DNA of 52,664 nt from Candidatus Parepulonipiscium sp. PG-Nun2H_MBin03 (GCA_001995005.1 MDJN01000171.1:1-52664), one strand, 5' to 3'; numbered from the stretch's first letter, positions 18,300 to 28,910 are shown. Program-made: numbers and translations. The notes: generated by a model not told the origin, from the sequence alone.

Positions 18300-20348
18300 C
18301 TAACTTTCCCAATATATCTCTATTTTATCTCCATTAACTAATTGATCCATAAAACTTGCCGTACGCCCATTTAATTTCATAATTAGATTACCTTTTTTTG
18401 CATTTAGGTCAAAATTTATATAGTCAAATATGCTAGGAAATAAAAATTCAGTTCTATCTGTTAAAGTTACAGGGTCTCCATTTACAGTAACTTCTATGTG
18501 ATAGGTAGGTTTTTTATAAATTGGCTTAACCTCATCTTCTAAGATTGTGTCATCTGTTTTATAAGCGTCTTCATCGTCTTGCATGTTATAATCTTCGTAT
18601 ATTCTCTGCTCATAGTCATCTAATACACTTATCATATCACCGTCTTTTAATATATATCCTAGTTTCATTTCTTCTTCGTTTACCAAAAATTGACTATTAG
18701 TTGTTCCTGTAAATACATTTACTAATTCTTCTATATTATCTACACCGATCTTTCTAATATCATCTTTTTGCTCTATTTGATAATTATACGATAAAATATC
18801 GCCATTTTTTAAAAATATCGGTAAGTCTATCTTCGTATCTTCTATAAAAACACTTATTTTAGTGTCTATTAAATCTTCTATCGTTACTATAGCATTTTCT
18901 CCATCTATAGCCTTTTTAATGTGTATCTTATCTCCTGTTTTAATCTTGTGCTCCAGATTTACTGGTTGCCCATTTAAGGTAATCATTCCTATTTCGCCGC
19001 CACTGCCTTTTATAATGGTACGTTTTCCATTCACCTTAAATATTAGACTCTTGCCTTTATTCGGAAATAACATATTATGTTTAAAGCCTTTTTCAAGTAT
19101 AGCGTCCATCACGATTGTTTTTTTTGTGTCTAAAAGTTCTACTTGTTCATCATTAACTTCAACTCGTATTACTTGTTCTGCCTTATGCTCCGCACCCACT
19201 AAGCAAATTCCGTATGGTGTAATAATTTGCGGGCCTGTTACATCTTTATTTTCATCCACAACACCTTCTACTTGTTCTCCAGTTCTAAGAGTTACACGTA
19301 TTTTATCCACTCCTGAATTTGCAGATATTTTATCACATAATCCCACTACTTGAGAACCTCCGCCCACGCAAAAAATAGCTTTTGGAATATCATCACCATT
19401 TAATTCTATAATCTTATCTGATATTAACGCTGCTAAATTTTCTACAACTGGTTCAATAACCTTTAGTATTTCATCTTTTTTCACCTTACAGCTTGTGCCA
19501 ATGATATCTTGAAATTGTATTAAGTTTTTGATTCCTATCTCTCGTTTCATTCTATCTGCTGTATTAAAATCTACTAAATATTTTTGCATAATAACTTCAG
19601 TTATCTCATCTCCAGCTACAGGTATCATCCCATAGCTTACCACTGCACCATCTTTTGTAATTGCTATATCTGACGTGCCTGCACCCACGTCTACTAAAGC
19701 TAAATTTAGCATACGTATATTTTGCGGTATAATAGCTGTTATTGCCGCAATCGGTTCTAACGTAAGATGTCTTACATTAAGGTGCACTCTTTTAGTTACT
19801 TCATATAGGCTTTCCACAACTGCCTTAGGTAAAAATGTAGCTAATAATTTTACATCAACTTTTTTACCTTTGTGCCCTTCTAGATGACTAATTTCATATC
19901 CTTCTAATTTATAATGCATAACAGAATACCCGACGCAATAATAGTTAGCTACGCTATTATTATCATCTTCTTCTAATTCTTTCTGTGCTAGTTCCAGTGC
20001 TTGCATTTCAAGTGTTTCTACGTGCATTCTTGTATGCAAAATCGGTTCATTGTACTCTCTGCCTACTTCTATAATTTTCGTGTTTAAAATACGCCCAGCA
20101 GCTGCTATAGAAACATTTGTTAAAGTTTGCCCCACTTCTTTTTCTAATATTTCCTTTACATACCTTACAGTACGTGCAACTTTTTCTATATCATGTACTT
20201 GCCCATCCATCATTGCACGTTCCTCATGTTCTTTTGAAACACTTTTTATTACTATAAATTTATCTTCTTCTTTATATCCAACAACACCAATAATAGTTCT
20301 AGTTCCTATATCTAATCCGAATATCAAATCCTTATTAATTTTAATCAC
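18300..20348 (-). CDS. FtsA-related actin-fold ATPase with C-terminal ThiS/ubiquitin-like repeats
   Basis: GLDIGTRT, LEPIAA, LVDVGAGTSD, VGGGS; repeated xNG...GDxI motifs in the C-terminal ~290 aa. Confidence 0.85.
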   Translation of the reverse strand: MIKINKDLIFGLDIGTRTIIGVVGYKEEDKFIVIKSVSKEHEERAMMDGQVHDIEKVARTVRYVKEILEKEVGQTLTNVSIAAAGRILNTKIIEVGREYNEPILHTRMHVETLEMQALELAQKELEEDDNNSVANYYCVGYSVMHYKLEGYEISHLEGHKGKKVDVKLLATFLPKAVVESLYEVTKRVHLNVRHLTLEPIAAITAIIPQNIRMLNLALVDVGAGTSDIAITKDGAVVSYGMIPVAGDEITEVIMQKYLVDFNTADRMKREIGIKNLIQFQDIIGTSCKVKKDEILKVIEPVVENLAALISDKIIELNGDDIPKAIFCVGGGSQVVGLCDKISANSGVDKIRVTLRTGEQVEGVVDENKDVTGPQIITPYGICLVGAEHKAEQVIRVEVNDEQVELLDTKKTIVMDAILEKGFKHNMLFPNKGKSLIFKVNGKRTIIKGSGGEIGMITLNGQPVNLEHKIKTGDKIHIKKAIDGENAIVTIEDLIDTKISVFIEDTKIDLPIFLKNGDILSYNYQIEQKDDIRKIGVDNIEELVNVFTGTTNSQFLVNEEEMKLGYILKDGDMISVLDDYEQRIYEDYNMQDDEDAYKTDDTILEDEVKPIYKKPTYHIEVTVNGDPVTLTDRTEFLFPSIFDYINFDLNAKKGNLIMKLNGRTASFMDQLVNGDKIEIYWES

Positions 20349-20409
20349 TCTTTTCTATTATGCACATAACAATCTAATATGATGTATACTCAAATTTAAT
20401 CCAAGTGCT

Positions 20410-20441
20410 AAAAATTGACCTTAGACAATTGTCTATGGTCA
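20410..20441 (-). terminator. Terminator after rny
   Basis: TGACCTTAGAC-AATT-GTCTATGGTCA hairpin followed by ATTTTT on the minus strand. Confidence 0.7.
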
Positions 20442-22007
20442 CTATTTTGCAAATTCTATTGCTCTTGTCTCTCTTATTATATTTACCTTTATCTGTCCTG
20501 GATATTCTAAATCTTTTTCTATTTTCTTAGTTACATTTCTAGCTAATAATGGTAATTTATCATCATTTATCTCTTCTGGTATAACCATTATTCTAATTTC
20601 ACGTCCAGCTTGTATGGCAAAAGATTTATCCACCCCATCAAAAGAAGTTGCTATCTCTTCTAGTTGTTGCAATCGTTTAATGTAAGTTTCTAATGTTTCT
20701 CTTCTTGCCCCTGGTCTTGCAGCCGATATTGTATCTGCTGCTTGAACAATAATAGATATAGCATTATCCGCATCAATATCGCCATGGTGAGATTCTACCG
20801 CATTTATTACTACTTTTCCTTCACCATATTTTCTACACAAGTCAGATCCAATCGAAATATGCGAGCCTTCCATTTCATAATCCACTGCCTTGCCTATATC
20901 ATGTAGCAGACCTGCTCTTTTTGCTAAGCGTATATCTAATCCCAGCTCGGCTGCAATTAAACCACACAAATTTGATACTTCAATAGAATGGCGTAAAACA
21001 TTTTGCCCATAACTTGTTCTAAACTTCATTTTACCTAATAACCTAATTAACTCAGGATGCAAGCCGTGCACACCTGTTTCAAAAGTCGCAGCCTCTCCCT
21101 CTTCACGTATCATAACTTCTATTTCTTTTCTTGCCTTTTCAACCATCTCTTCAATACGTGCTGGGTGAATACGCCCATCTACTATTAATTTTTCTAACGC
21201 AATTCTTGCAATCTCTCTACGTATCGGGTCAAACCCTGAAAGAATAACCGCTTCTGGAGTATCGTCAATTATTAAGTCTACGCCTGTTAAAGTTTCAATA
21301 GTACGAATATTTCTACCCTCTCGCCCTATTATACGGCCTTTCATCTCATCGCTTGGCAAATTTACAACCGATATCGTCGAATCTACTACATGATCTGCTG
21401 CACACTTTTGTATGGCCAGTGTTAAGATTTCTGTAGCCTTTTTATTCGCCTCAAGCTTTGTCTTTGTTTCAATTTCCTTTATAAGGACAGACGACTCAAG
21501 ATGTATCTCTTCTTCTAGCGAACTTAGTAATACTTCCTTTGCCTGATCTGCCGTAATCCCCGCAATTTTTTCCAGCTCTTTTCCTTTTTGTTCTTCCAAT
21601 TCTTCAACTTTTACCTTAGTCTTTTCTATCTTTTCTAACTTATTTTGGAGTTGTCCTTCTTTCTGTTCTAGCTGATTTGATCTCTTATCTAAAGTTTCTT
21701 CTTTAACAAGAAGTCTTTTTTCTAATTGAGCTAGTTCACTTCTTCTTTCTTTGACTTCATTTTCTGTTTCATTTTTTAACTTAATATTTTCTTCTTTTGC
21801 TGTTATAAGCATTTCCCTTTTTTCTGATTCACCTGTTTTTAGCGCGTCTTCTATAATTAATTTTGCCTTATCTTGTGCTGATTGTAGCGTAACATCTATA
21901 ATTCCCAGTTGTTTTTCCACAACGCTTTTTCTATAAAAAATCCCACCAAAACTTCCTAAAAATATACAAATTATTCCTACTAAAACCATTACCCACATTG
22001 GTATTAT
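20442..22007 (-). CDS. rny: Ribonuclease Y
   Basis: N-terminal TM, coiled coil, KH domain [15 protein letters not shown] domain LLHDIGK; start uncertain (21998-22040). Confidence 0.97.
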   Translation of the reverse strand: MIPMWVMVLVGIICIFLGSFGGIFYRKSVVEKQLGIIDVTLQSAQDKAKLIIEDALKTGESEKREMLITAKEENIKLKNETENEVKERRSELAQLEKRLLVKEETLDKRSNQLEQKEGQLQNKLEKIEKTKVKVEELEEQKGKELEKIAGITADQAKEVLLSSLEEEIHLESSVLIKEIETKTKLEANKKATEILTLAIQKCAADHVVDSTISVVNLPSDEMKGRIIGREGRNIRTIETLTGVDLIIDDTPEAVILSGFDPIRREIARIALEKLIVDGRIHPARIEEMVEKARKEIEVMIREEGEAATFETGVHGLHPELIRLLGKMKFRTSYGQNVLRHSIEVSNLCGLIAAELGLDIRLAKRAGLLHDIGKAVDYEMEGSHISIGSDLCRKYGEGKVVINAVESHHGDIDADNAISIIVQAADTISAARPGARRETLETYIKRLQQLEEIATSFDGVDKSFAIQAGREIRIMVIPEEINDDKLPLLARNVTKKIEKDLEYPGQIKVNIIRETRAIEFAK

Positions 22008-22054
22008 GACTTCCACCTCTCTTCTTGTAAAATATATCAAAAGTAAACATATTA

Positions 22055-22083
22055 ATTGTATAACTTTTCAAAAACAATGTCAA
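22055..22083 (-). promoter_or_regulatory. sigma-A promoter of rny
   Basis: TTGACA-17-TACAAT. Confidence 0.8.
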
Positions 22084-22187
22084 CCCTTAGACATAGTGTC
22101 ACCATAATTTCATATAATTTTGTCTATATAATCTTTTGTTATTTACCCTTAATCCTAAGCTATTTTTATGAAAACACTTATCTTCTA

Positions 22188-22216
22188 TTGCCAAACTCTG
22201 TAAAAGACATTATAAT
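22188..22216 (+). promoter_or_regulatory. sigma-A promoter of the aminotransferase gene
   Basis: TTGCCA-17-TATAAT. Confidence 0.8.
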
Positions 22217-22250
22217 AAAGATATTATTATAATGAAAGTGATGTGATACA

Positions 22251-23441
22251 ATGATTTCAAAATTGGCAATGCAGATAGCACCTTCATCAACTTTAGCTAT
22301 TACTGCAAAAGCAAAAGAGTTAAAAGACAGTGGTATAGATGTAGTAGGCTTTGGTGCTGGTGAACCTGATTTTAATACACCTGATTATATTAATGAAGCT
22401 GCTATAAAAGCAATTAACGACGGGTTCACAAAGTATACTCCTGCTGCTGGTATAATGAGTCTACGCCAAGCCGTAGCAGATAAATTTGAACAAGAAAACA
22501 GCGTAAAGTATAGTGCAACTCAAGTTGTTGTAAGTAATGGTGCAAAGCATTCGTTAGTAAATGCATTTATGGCTGTTTTAGATGCTGGCAGCGAAGTGAT
22601 ATTGCCTGCTCCGTTTTGGCTTAGCTATCCTGAAATGGTTAAAATGGCAACTGGTGTCCCTGTTATTGTTCACACTCAACCGGAAAATCGTTTTAAATTA
22701 ACTCCAGAAGAGTTTGAAAATGCCATTACTCCTAAAACTCGTGCCATAGTATTAAACTCACCTTCTAATCCAACCGGCGTAATATATACTCGGGATGAAT
22801 TAAAAGCACTTGCTGATATTGCTGTTAAACATGATATTTGGATAATTTCAGATGAAATATATGAGTACTTAGTGTATGACGGTGCCGAACATGTATGTAT
22901 AGCTAGCTTATCTGAAGAAATTTATAATCATACCATTACTATTAATGGATTGTCTAAAGGATTTGCTATGACAGGGTGGAGAATTGGATTTTTGGCAGCT
23001 CCTATAGAAGTTGCAAAAGCTGCTGCAAATATACAATCTCACGCTACTTCTAACCCTAATTCAATCGCTCAAAAGGCGGCAGAAGTTGCTCTTAGAGGGG
23101 ATAGAGAATTTGTTAAGACTATGATGGTGAATTTTATAGAACGCCGAGCATACTTATATCAAAGTTTAACTGAAATAAATGGTTTTGACGTTGTAAAACC
23201 TGACGGTGCTTTTTACTGCTTTGTTGGAGTAAGTAGTCTTTACGGAAAGAGCTATAAGGGCACAAAAATAGATAGTGCTGCAACACTTGCAAAAATATTG
23301 TTAGAACAAGCGAATGTAGCTGTAATACCTTGTGCAGATTTTGGAACACCTGATTATATTAGATTATCCTATGCAATAAGTTTAGATAACATAAAAAAAG
23401 GTGTAGCAAGAATAAAAGAATTTGTAGATAGTTTAGAATAA
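22251..23441 (+). CDS. Class I PLP-dependent aminotransferase (aspartate aminotransferase-like)
   Basis: GAGEPDF, NSPSNPTG, SDEIY, SKGFAMTGWRIG, IRLSYA. Confidence 0.93.
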   Translation: MISKLAMQIAPSSTLAITAKAKELKDSGIDVVGFGAGEPDFNTPDYINEAAIKAINDGFTKYTPAAGIMSLRQAVADKFEQENSVKYSATQVVVSNGAKHSLVNAFMAVLDAGSEVILPAPFWLSYPEMVKMATGVPVIVHTQPENRFKLTPEEFENAITPKTRAIVLNSPSNPTGVIYTRDELKALADIAVKHDIWIISDEIYEYLVYDGAEHVCIASLSEEIYNHTITINGLSKGFAMTGWRIGFLAAPIEVAKAAANIQSHATSNPNSIAQKAAEVALRGDREFVKTMMVNFIERRAYLYQSLTEINGFDVVKPDGAFYCFVGVSSLYGKSYKGTKIDSAATLAKILLEQANVAVIPCADFGTPDYIRLSYAISLDNIKKGVARIKEFVDSLE

Positions 23442-23446
23442 TTATG

Positions 23447-23483
23447 CAAAATACCTAGGAATTTAAAATCCCTAGGTATTTTG
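23447..23483. terminator. Bidirectional terminator
   Basis: CAAAATACCTAGG-11-CCTAGGTATTTTG. Confidence 0.85.
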
Positions 23484-23518
23484 TTTTTATCTTGTTTTTA
23501 TCTTAATGAAGTTTTCTT

Positions 23519-24664
23519 CTATTTATAGGAATCTTTAATTATAGATATTACGTCTTCAGTAGTTAATCTTTGTCTGTCAATTTCAAACAGCCCACCCATA
23601 TCAGAAAACGCATGTTTAGCATATTCTGGGAATAATTCTTCCTTAATTCCATAATCACTCATTTTCATATCATACACATTACATTCTTTTTGTAAAGCAG
23701 TTAGTGCCTCTACTATATTTCCATCTTTATTTCCTAATGCTTTGGCAATCTCACTGGTACGCTCTGGACATACTTTATCAAAGAATTTAAAATACGCTAA
23801 AGATAACATAATCAACCCTGCACCATGAGGCAGTTCTGGGTGATATCCTGATAATGCATGTTCTATAGAATGCTCTGAAGTACAAGAAGATAAACTTTCC
23901 ACAAAGCCTGCATACGTATTTGCAAGCGCAACATACCCTCTTGCCTCTTTATTATCAGGTTCTTTAACAGCAACTCCTAAATACTTTCCAATCAATCTAA
24001 TTGATTCAAGAGCAAACATATCACTCATTGGATTTGCTATTTTTGCAACATATCCTTCTACAGAATGGAAAAGTGCATCAAACCCTTGATAAGCCGTCAA
24101 ATCAGCTGGTATAGTAAGCATAAGATTTGGGTCTACAATAGATATTACAGGGAAAGTATGTTCAAAATCTCCATATCCTATTTTTTCTACTCCATTTGTT
24201 ATAACCATCCAAGGGTCAGCTTCTGTACCTGTTCCTGCCGTAGTCGTTATGGCTACCATTGGTAACGGTTTAACCTTAATAGGATTTCCTTTGCCAGTTC
24301 CACCGCCAACATAATCCCAGAAATCTCCTTCGTTTGTACACATAATAGCTATAGCTTTAGCTGCATCAAGAGAAGACCCTCCGCCTAAACCTACTACAAA
24401 AGTACACTCGTTAGATTTTCCGATAGCAGCCGCTTCTCTAACAGATTCAATTGTTGGATTTGGTTGTATCTTATCATATACGATTGATTCATGTCCTGCT
24501 TTTGATAGTAACTGTTGTACTTTGCTTACATATCCTAGTTTTGTAGTTGAAGTTCCACCTGTTACAATTAATGCTTTACCTGCTGGTAATTCCACTTTTC
24601 TAAGTTTATCAAGAGAATTCTCTCCGAAGAAAATTTTGGTTGGTACATAATAACTAAAGTTCAT
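23519..24664 (-). CDS. Iron-containing alcohol dehydrogenase
   Basis: GLGGGSSLDAAK, TTAGTGTE, DALFH, HSIEH, LPHG. Confidence 0.93.
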   Translation of the reverse strand: MNFSYYVPTKIFFGENSLDKLRKVELPAGKALIVTGGTSTTKLGYVSKVQQLLSKAGHESIVYDKIQPNPTIESVREAAAIGKSNECTFVVGLGGGSSLDAAKAIAIMCTNEGDFWDYVGGGTGKGNPIKVKPLPMVAITTTAGTGTEADPWMVITNGVEKIGYGDFEHTFPVISIVDPNLMLTIPADLTAYQGFDALFHSVEGYVAKIANPMSDMFALESIRLIGKYLGVAVKEPDNKEARGYVALANTYAGFVESLSSCTSEHSIEHALSGYHPELPHGAGLIMLSLAYFKFFDKVCPERTSEIAKALGNKDGNIVEALTALQKECNVYDMKMSDYGIKEELFPEYAKHAFSDMGGLFEIDRQRLTTEDVISIIKDSYK

Positions 24665-24704
24665 TATACTTCCTCCTAAAAGTTTTGCTTAATTTAACGG
24701 TTTT

Positions 24705-24732
24705 AGTATAGCATATTAAAACGTTTTGTCAA
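24705..24732 (-). promoter_or_regulatory. sigma-A promoter of adh with LacI/cre-like palindrome in the spacer
   Basis: TTGACA-16-TATACT with extended TG; AAAACGTTTT palindrome at 24718-24727. Confidence 0.7.
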
Positions 24733-25130
24733 CTAGTAATAATGCTTTTTATGTCACTGTAATTAAATCCTCGAGATAAAAGCTTTTTTATATTTTTATC
24801 CTGTGTTTTATAATCTAGTTTATCCAATACTTTAGATATATTTTCTAGTTCTAATTTAATATGTTCTTCTTCAATATCTATCTTATCTATACCTTTAAAA
24901 TATAGCTCTTGCTTTATTTTTCGTATACTTTTATTATTTATAGTCAATTGATGCTCTAGGTAGTTTTGGGCATAATTAACATCATTTATATAGTTATACT
25001 CCTCCAAAAAATCTATCACTTGCCTAATTATGTCATCATCATAGTAAGCCAATTTTTCTATAACTTGTTTTTTTGTACGAGGCGAATAAGCAATATAATC
25101 TAGTGCTTTATTTTTAGCTTCTTCTAGCAT
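24729..25130 (-). CDS. recX: Regulatory protein RecX (short)
   Basis: Directly after recA; ALDYIAYSPRT, YINDVNYA, IKQELYFKGI, LLSRGF. Confidence 0.88.
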   Translation of the reverse strand: MLEEAKNKALDYIAYSPRTKKQVIEKLAYYDDDIIRQVIDFLEEYNYINDVNYAQNYLEHQLTINNKSIRKIKQELYFKGIDKIDIEEEHIKLELENISKVLDKLDYKTQDKNIKKLLSRGFNYSDIKSIITS

Positions 25131-26171
25131 TTATTCGTACACTACCTCTTCTTCATACATATCTTCATCTTCTATTTGGATGGCATCAAAGTTATAATGT
25201 GCTCTTACAGCTTGGTCTATTTCTTGCATAATTTCTGGATTATCTTCTAAATAAACTTTTGCATTTTCTCTGCCTTGGCCTAATCTTATATCACCATATG
25301 AATACCATGCACCACTTTTATTTACAATATCTATACTACTTGCTATATCTAGTATATCTCCTATTCTAGATATGCCTTCTCCATATATAATATCAAATTC
25401 TGCTTGCTTAAAAGGAGGAGCAATTTTATTTTTGACTACTTTAACTCTAGTTCTGCTACCAATAATGTCAGAAGCATTTTTTAATGTTTCTATCTTTCTA
25501 ATATCCAGCCTAATAGATGCATAAAATTTTAACGCTCGTCCTCCTGTAGTCGTTTCTGGACTCCCAAACATAACCCCAACTTTTTCACGCAATTGGTTTA
25601 TAAAAACTACTGTACAATTTGACTTATTAATAGCCCCAGTGAGTTTACGCAACGCTTGCGACATAAGTCTTGCGTGAAGACCCACATGAGAGTCTCCCAT
25701 ATTTCCATCTATCTCTGCTCGTGGAACAAGTGCTGCCACAGAGTCAATTACAATAATATCAATTGCATGCGAGCGTGCCATTGTTTCTGCAATTTCTAAG
25801 GCTTGTTCACCATTGTCTGGTTGTGATACATATAATTCATCTATATTTACACCTAGCTTTTGAGCATAGCTAGGGTCCAAGGCATGCTCAGCGTCTATAA
25901 ACGCTGCTATGCCTCCATTTTTTTGTACTTCTGCTATCATATGCAGTGTGACTGTTGTCTTACCTGAAGATTCAGGGCCAAATATCTCTATCACACGTCC
26001 TACCGGAATACCTCCTGCACCTAATGCAATATCCAAACTTAATGCACCTGTTGAAAATGTCGTTACTTTTGTATTCACAGCGTCTCCCAGTTTCATAATC
26101 GAACCTTTTCCAAAGCGTTTTTCAATTTTGGAAACAGCTTCTTCAACTGCTTTTAATGCTTCGTTATTCAT
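25131..26171 (-). CDS. recA: Recombinase A
   Basis: [35 protein letters not shown]. Confidence 0.99.
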   Translation of the reverse strand: MNNEALKAVEEAVSKIEKRFGKGSIMKLGDAVNTKVTTFSTGALSLDIALGAGGIPVGRVIEIFGPESSGKTTVTLHMIAEVQKNGGIAAFIDAEHALDPSYAQKLGVNIDELYVSQPDNGEQALEIAETMARSHAIDIIVIDSVAALVPRAEIDGNMGDSHVGLHARLMSQALRKLTGAINKSNCTVVFINQLREKVGVMFGSPETTTGGRALKFYASIRLDIRKIETLKNASDIIGSRTRVKVVKNKIAPPFKQAEFDIIYGEGISRIGDILDIASSIDIVNKSGAWYSYGDIRLGQGRENAKVYLEDNPEIMQEIDQAVRAHYNFDAIQIEDEDMYEEEVVYE

Positions 26172-27415
26172 AATTCCTCCTGAGTATTTTGTAAAATTTT
26201 TAATAAATTTTGTAATGCATATGCGGTTGCCAATTTTCTTATCTCATTTCTTGTGCCATATAAGTTTACCTTTATGCTAACGCATTTATGCTTTGTTGCA
26301 ATCCCTATATATATTAACCCAACTGGCTTTTCTGCTGTTTCCCCTGTTGGCCCGGCTATACCTGTTATGGAAATACCAATATCAGCACCTGTTTTTTTCA
26401 TAACTCCTAGTGCCATTTCATTTGCAACCTCATAACTTACAGCGCCAAAACTATCTAGGGTTTCTTTTTTTACTCCTAAAATATTAATTTTAGACTGATT
26501 GCTATATGTTATAAATCCTTCATTAAATATGTTTGATGCCCCATTATTATTTATTAGCCTTGAGGCAAGTAGCCCCCCTGTGCATGACTCTGCTGTACTT
26601 ATTGTCAGGCTTTTTTCTAATAAATATTCATACACCACTTCTTCAATCACTTTTTTAGTATCGCCAATTACATATTGTTTTAATCTAGTAGATATCTGAT
26701 TTTTATAATAATCTATATTTTTTTCTATAGTATCTTTGTCTGTGCCATACCCTTTAATTCTAATGCTAACATACCCTTCTCCTAAATATGGAGCAACTTC
26801 AACTTCTTCAAAAACGCCTAATAAGTCGTCTATCTCTGAAGCGATTTGGCTCTCTCCTATACCTAGCAGCCTAACTTCTTCTGTTATACATCTTTTGTCT
26901 AATTGCGGTACAATATGCTGCTCTATAAAATCATTAAACATAGGTTTTAATTCTCTAGGAGGCCCAGGAAATAGTGCTACCATATTGCCATCTGCTTCAA
27001 AAACGCATCCAGGGGCTGTTCCATTTCTATTTATTAATAAATGTGAACCTATAGGTAAATATATTTGCTTAAAATTGGTTTCTAACATCTCTTTTTGCAT
27101 TCTTCTAAAGAAGTCTTTAAGTTCATCTAACGCTTCTTTGTTTTTTTCCATCTCTAGATTGTAATATTCGCAAACCATCTCTTTTGTTAAATCATCTTTC
27201 GTAGGTCCTAATCCTCCGCATAGAATAATTGTGTCTACTCTGTTTTTTGCCACATCCAAGGCATTAAATATATCTTCTTTCCTGTCTCGTATAGATGTAT
27301 GATAGCATACTTCAGCACCATATTTTTCAAGTTCTCTTGCCATAAAACTAGCATTAGTATTTACGGTATATCCATATACCACTTCATTCCCAACTGCAAT
27401 TACTTCAATTTTCAT
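26168..27415 (-). CDS. cinA: Competence/damage-inducible protein CinA (NMN deamidase fusion)
   Basis: [33 protein letters not shown]. Confidence 0.95.
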   Translation of the reverse strand: MKIEVIAVGNEVVYGYTVNTNASFMARELEKYGAEVCYHTSIRDRKEDIFNALDVAKNRVDTIILCGGLGPTKDDLTKEMVCEYYNLEMEKNKEALDELKDFFRRMQKEMLETNFKQIYLPIGSHLLINRNGTAPGCVFEADGNMVALFPGPPRELKPMFNDFIEQHIVPQLDKRCITEEVRLLGIGESQIASEIDDLLGVFEEVEVAPYLGEGYVSIRIKGYGTDKDTIEKNIDYYKNQISTRLKQYVIGDTKKVIEEVVYEYLLEKSLTISTAESCTGGLLASRLINNNGASNIFNEGFITYSNQSKINILGVKKETLDSFGAVSYEVANEMALGVMKKTGADIGISITGIAGPTGETAEKPVGLIYIGIATKHKCVSIKVNLYGTRNEIRKLATAYALQNLLKILQNTQEEL

Positions 27416-27444
27416 TAATGATATCCTTCTCTCTCACAAATATT

Positions 27445-27465
27445 AAAAGCTCCTTTAAAAGGAGC
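27445..27465 (-). terminator. Short hairpin/terminator between rluD and cinA
   Basis: GCTCCTT-TTA-AAGGAGC followed by TTTT on the minus strand. Confidence 0.55.
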
Positions 27466-27497
27466 AATACTGCAGATAATAATCTTATATTATTTTA

Positions 27498-28412
27498 TTA
27501 TATTTTCTGTAATTTTTCAATGACTTTAGTAAATTCTTCCGGTAATCCATTTTCAAAATACATCTCATTTTTAGTACTAGGGTGAGTAAATCCTAATACT
27601 TTTGCATGGAGTTGTTGCGTCTTCAAATTAAATATATGCTTCGACCTGCCATATACGGGGTCCCCCAATAGCGGATATCCTATACTTGTCATATGCACTC
27701 TTATTTGGTGCGTTCTACCCGTATAAAGTGTAAGTTCCACATAAGTAGCATTTTTAAATCTTTCTATTACCTTGCACTCTGTTATTGCTCTTTTACCATT
27801 TTCCATAACCGCCATTTTTTTTCTATCATGTGGATGCCGTGCAATTGGCTTATCAATTTTTACATAGTCTTCTTTAACCACGCCGTAAACCAATGCGTGG
27901 TATTTTCGTATTATGTTATGCTCTTTTAATAAATCAGATAAAAATACATGTGCATTATCGTTTTTAGCCACCATCATAAGTCCTGTTGTATCTTTATCAA
28001 TTCGGTGCACAATGCCAGGTCTAATCTTACCATTTATACCAGATAAGCTATCCTTGCAATGATATAATAGTGCATTTACTAAAGTATCATTTGTATGTCC
28101 GTTAGCAGGGTGAACCACCATCCCTTTAGGCTTATTTATAATAATTATGTCTTCATCTTCATATACAATGTCAATAGGTATATCTTGTGCTAATACATCT
28201 ATTTCTGTAGGTTCTTCTAAGATAAGCTCAATAGCATCGCCATATTTTATAATAAACCGAGCCGGAACCACCTTGCTGTTTACATATACATTTCCCTGTT
28301 GTATCTGCTTCTGTATAAATGAGCGTGTGTATTCTCTAAATTTATTACTAATAAATTTATCTACTCTTTGCTCTATTTTATCTTCTACTTTTAAAACTAA
28401 CTTTGTATCCAA
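27498..28412 (-). CDS. rluD: RluA/RluD family pseudouridine synthase
   Basis: S4 domain, NKPKGMVVHP, HRIDKDTTG, TGRTHQIRVH; TTG start. Confidence 0.93.
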   Translation of the reverse strand: MDTKLVLKVEDKIEQRVDKFISNKFREYTRSFIQKQIQQGNVYVNSKVVPARFIIKYGDAIELILEEPTEIDVLAQDIPIDIVYEDEDIIIINKPKGMVVHPANGHTNDTLVNALLYHCKDSLSGINGKIRPGIVHRIDKDTTGLMMVAKNDNAHVFLSDLLKEHNIIRKYHALVYGVVKEDYVKIDKPIARHPHDRKKMAVMENGKRAITECKVIERFKNATYVELTLYTGRTHQIRVHMTSIGYPLLGDPVYGRSKHIFNLKTQQLHAKVLGFTHPSTKNEMYFENGLPEEFTKVIEKLQKI

Positions 28413-28415
28413 TTT

Positions 28416-28895
28416 CTACCCTTCTATCGCCTTATCTTTTTTCGGTAAATCTTCCAATATCATAACTATCATAAAAATTATTGTGCCTGTTACAACGCAT
28501 ATATCAGCTACATTAAATACCGGAAAGTCTATTAATATAAAATAAAACATATCCACTACATATCCTAGAAATACTCTATCAATTAAATTTCCAATAGCAC
28601 CACTCATAATTAATGTAAGTGAAACTTTATATATTTTTTGTGTTTTAGTATCAGGGATTTTTCGCCAATATACTAATATTGCTCCTATTACTACTATAGT
28701 TACAATTATAAAAAACCATTGCATATTTTGCATCATACCAAAGGCTGCTCCTCTGTTTTCTACATATGCTAAATGGAATACTTGCGGCCAAATTTCTATT
28801 TCTTGCACTTGTTTCAATGTAACACTTGCCCAGTTTTTTGATATTTGGTCTATTCCTACTAGTACTATACCTAAGATGATTAATATATATTCCAT
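28416..28895 (-). CDS. lspA: Lipoprotein signal peptidase II
   Basis: DQISK, NRGAAFG, GAIGNLIDR, FNVAD. Confidence 0.96.
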   Translation of the reverse strand: MEYILIILGIVLVGIDQISKNWASVTLKQVQEIEIWPQVFHLAYVENRGAAFGMMQNMQWFFIIVTIVVIGAILVYWRKIPDTKTQKIYKVSLTLIMSGAIGNLIDRVFLGYVVDMFYFILIDFPVFNVADICVVTGTIIFMIVMILEDLPKKDKAIEG

Positions 28896-28910
28896 TTCTC
28901 ACCTCATATC

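Noticed and set aside
18300-20348. Canonical cell-division ftsA
   Set aside because: No adjacent ftsZ, much longer than FtsA, and no C-terminal amphipathic helix
20418-22093. CCTTAGACA on both sides of rny as a possible target-site duplication
   Set aside because: Only 9 bp; one copy is part of the terminator stem; rny is a core gene
23481-23504. Tandem TTGTTTTTATC x2
   Set aside because: Low-complexity duplication in a terminator tail
24680-24704. Rex operator upstream of adh
   Set aside because: Only one half-site resembles TTGTTAA-N4-TTAACAA
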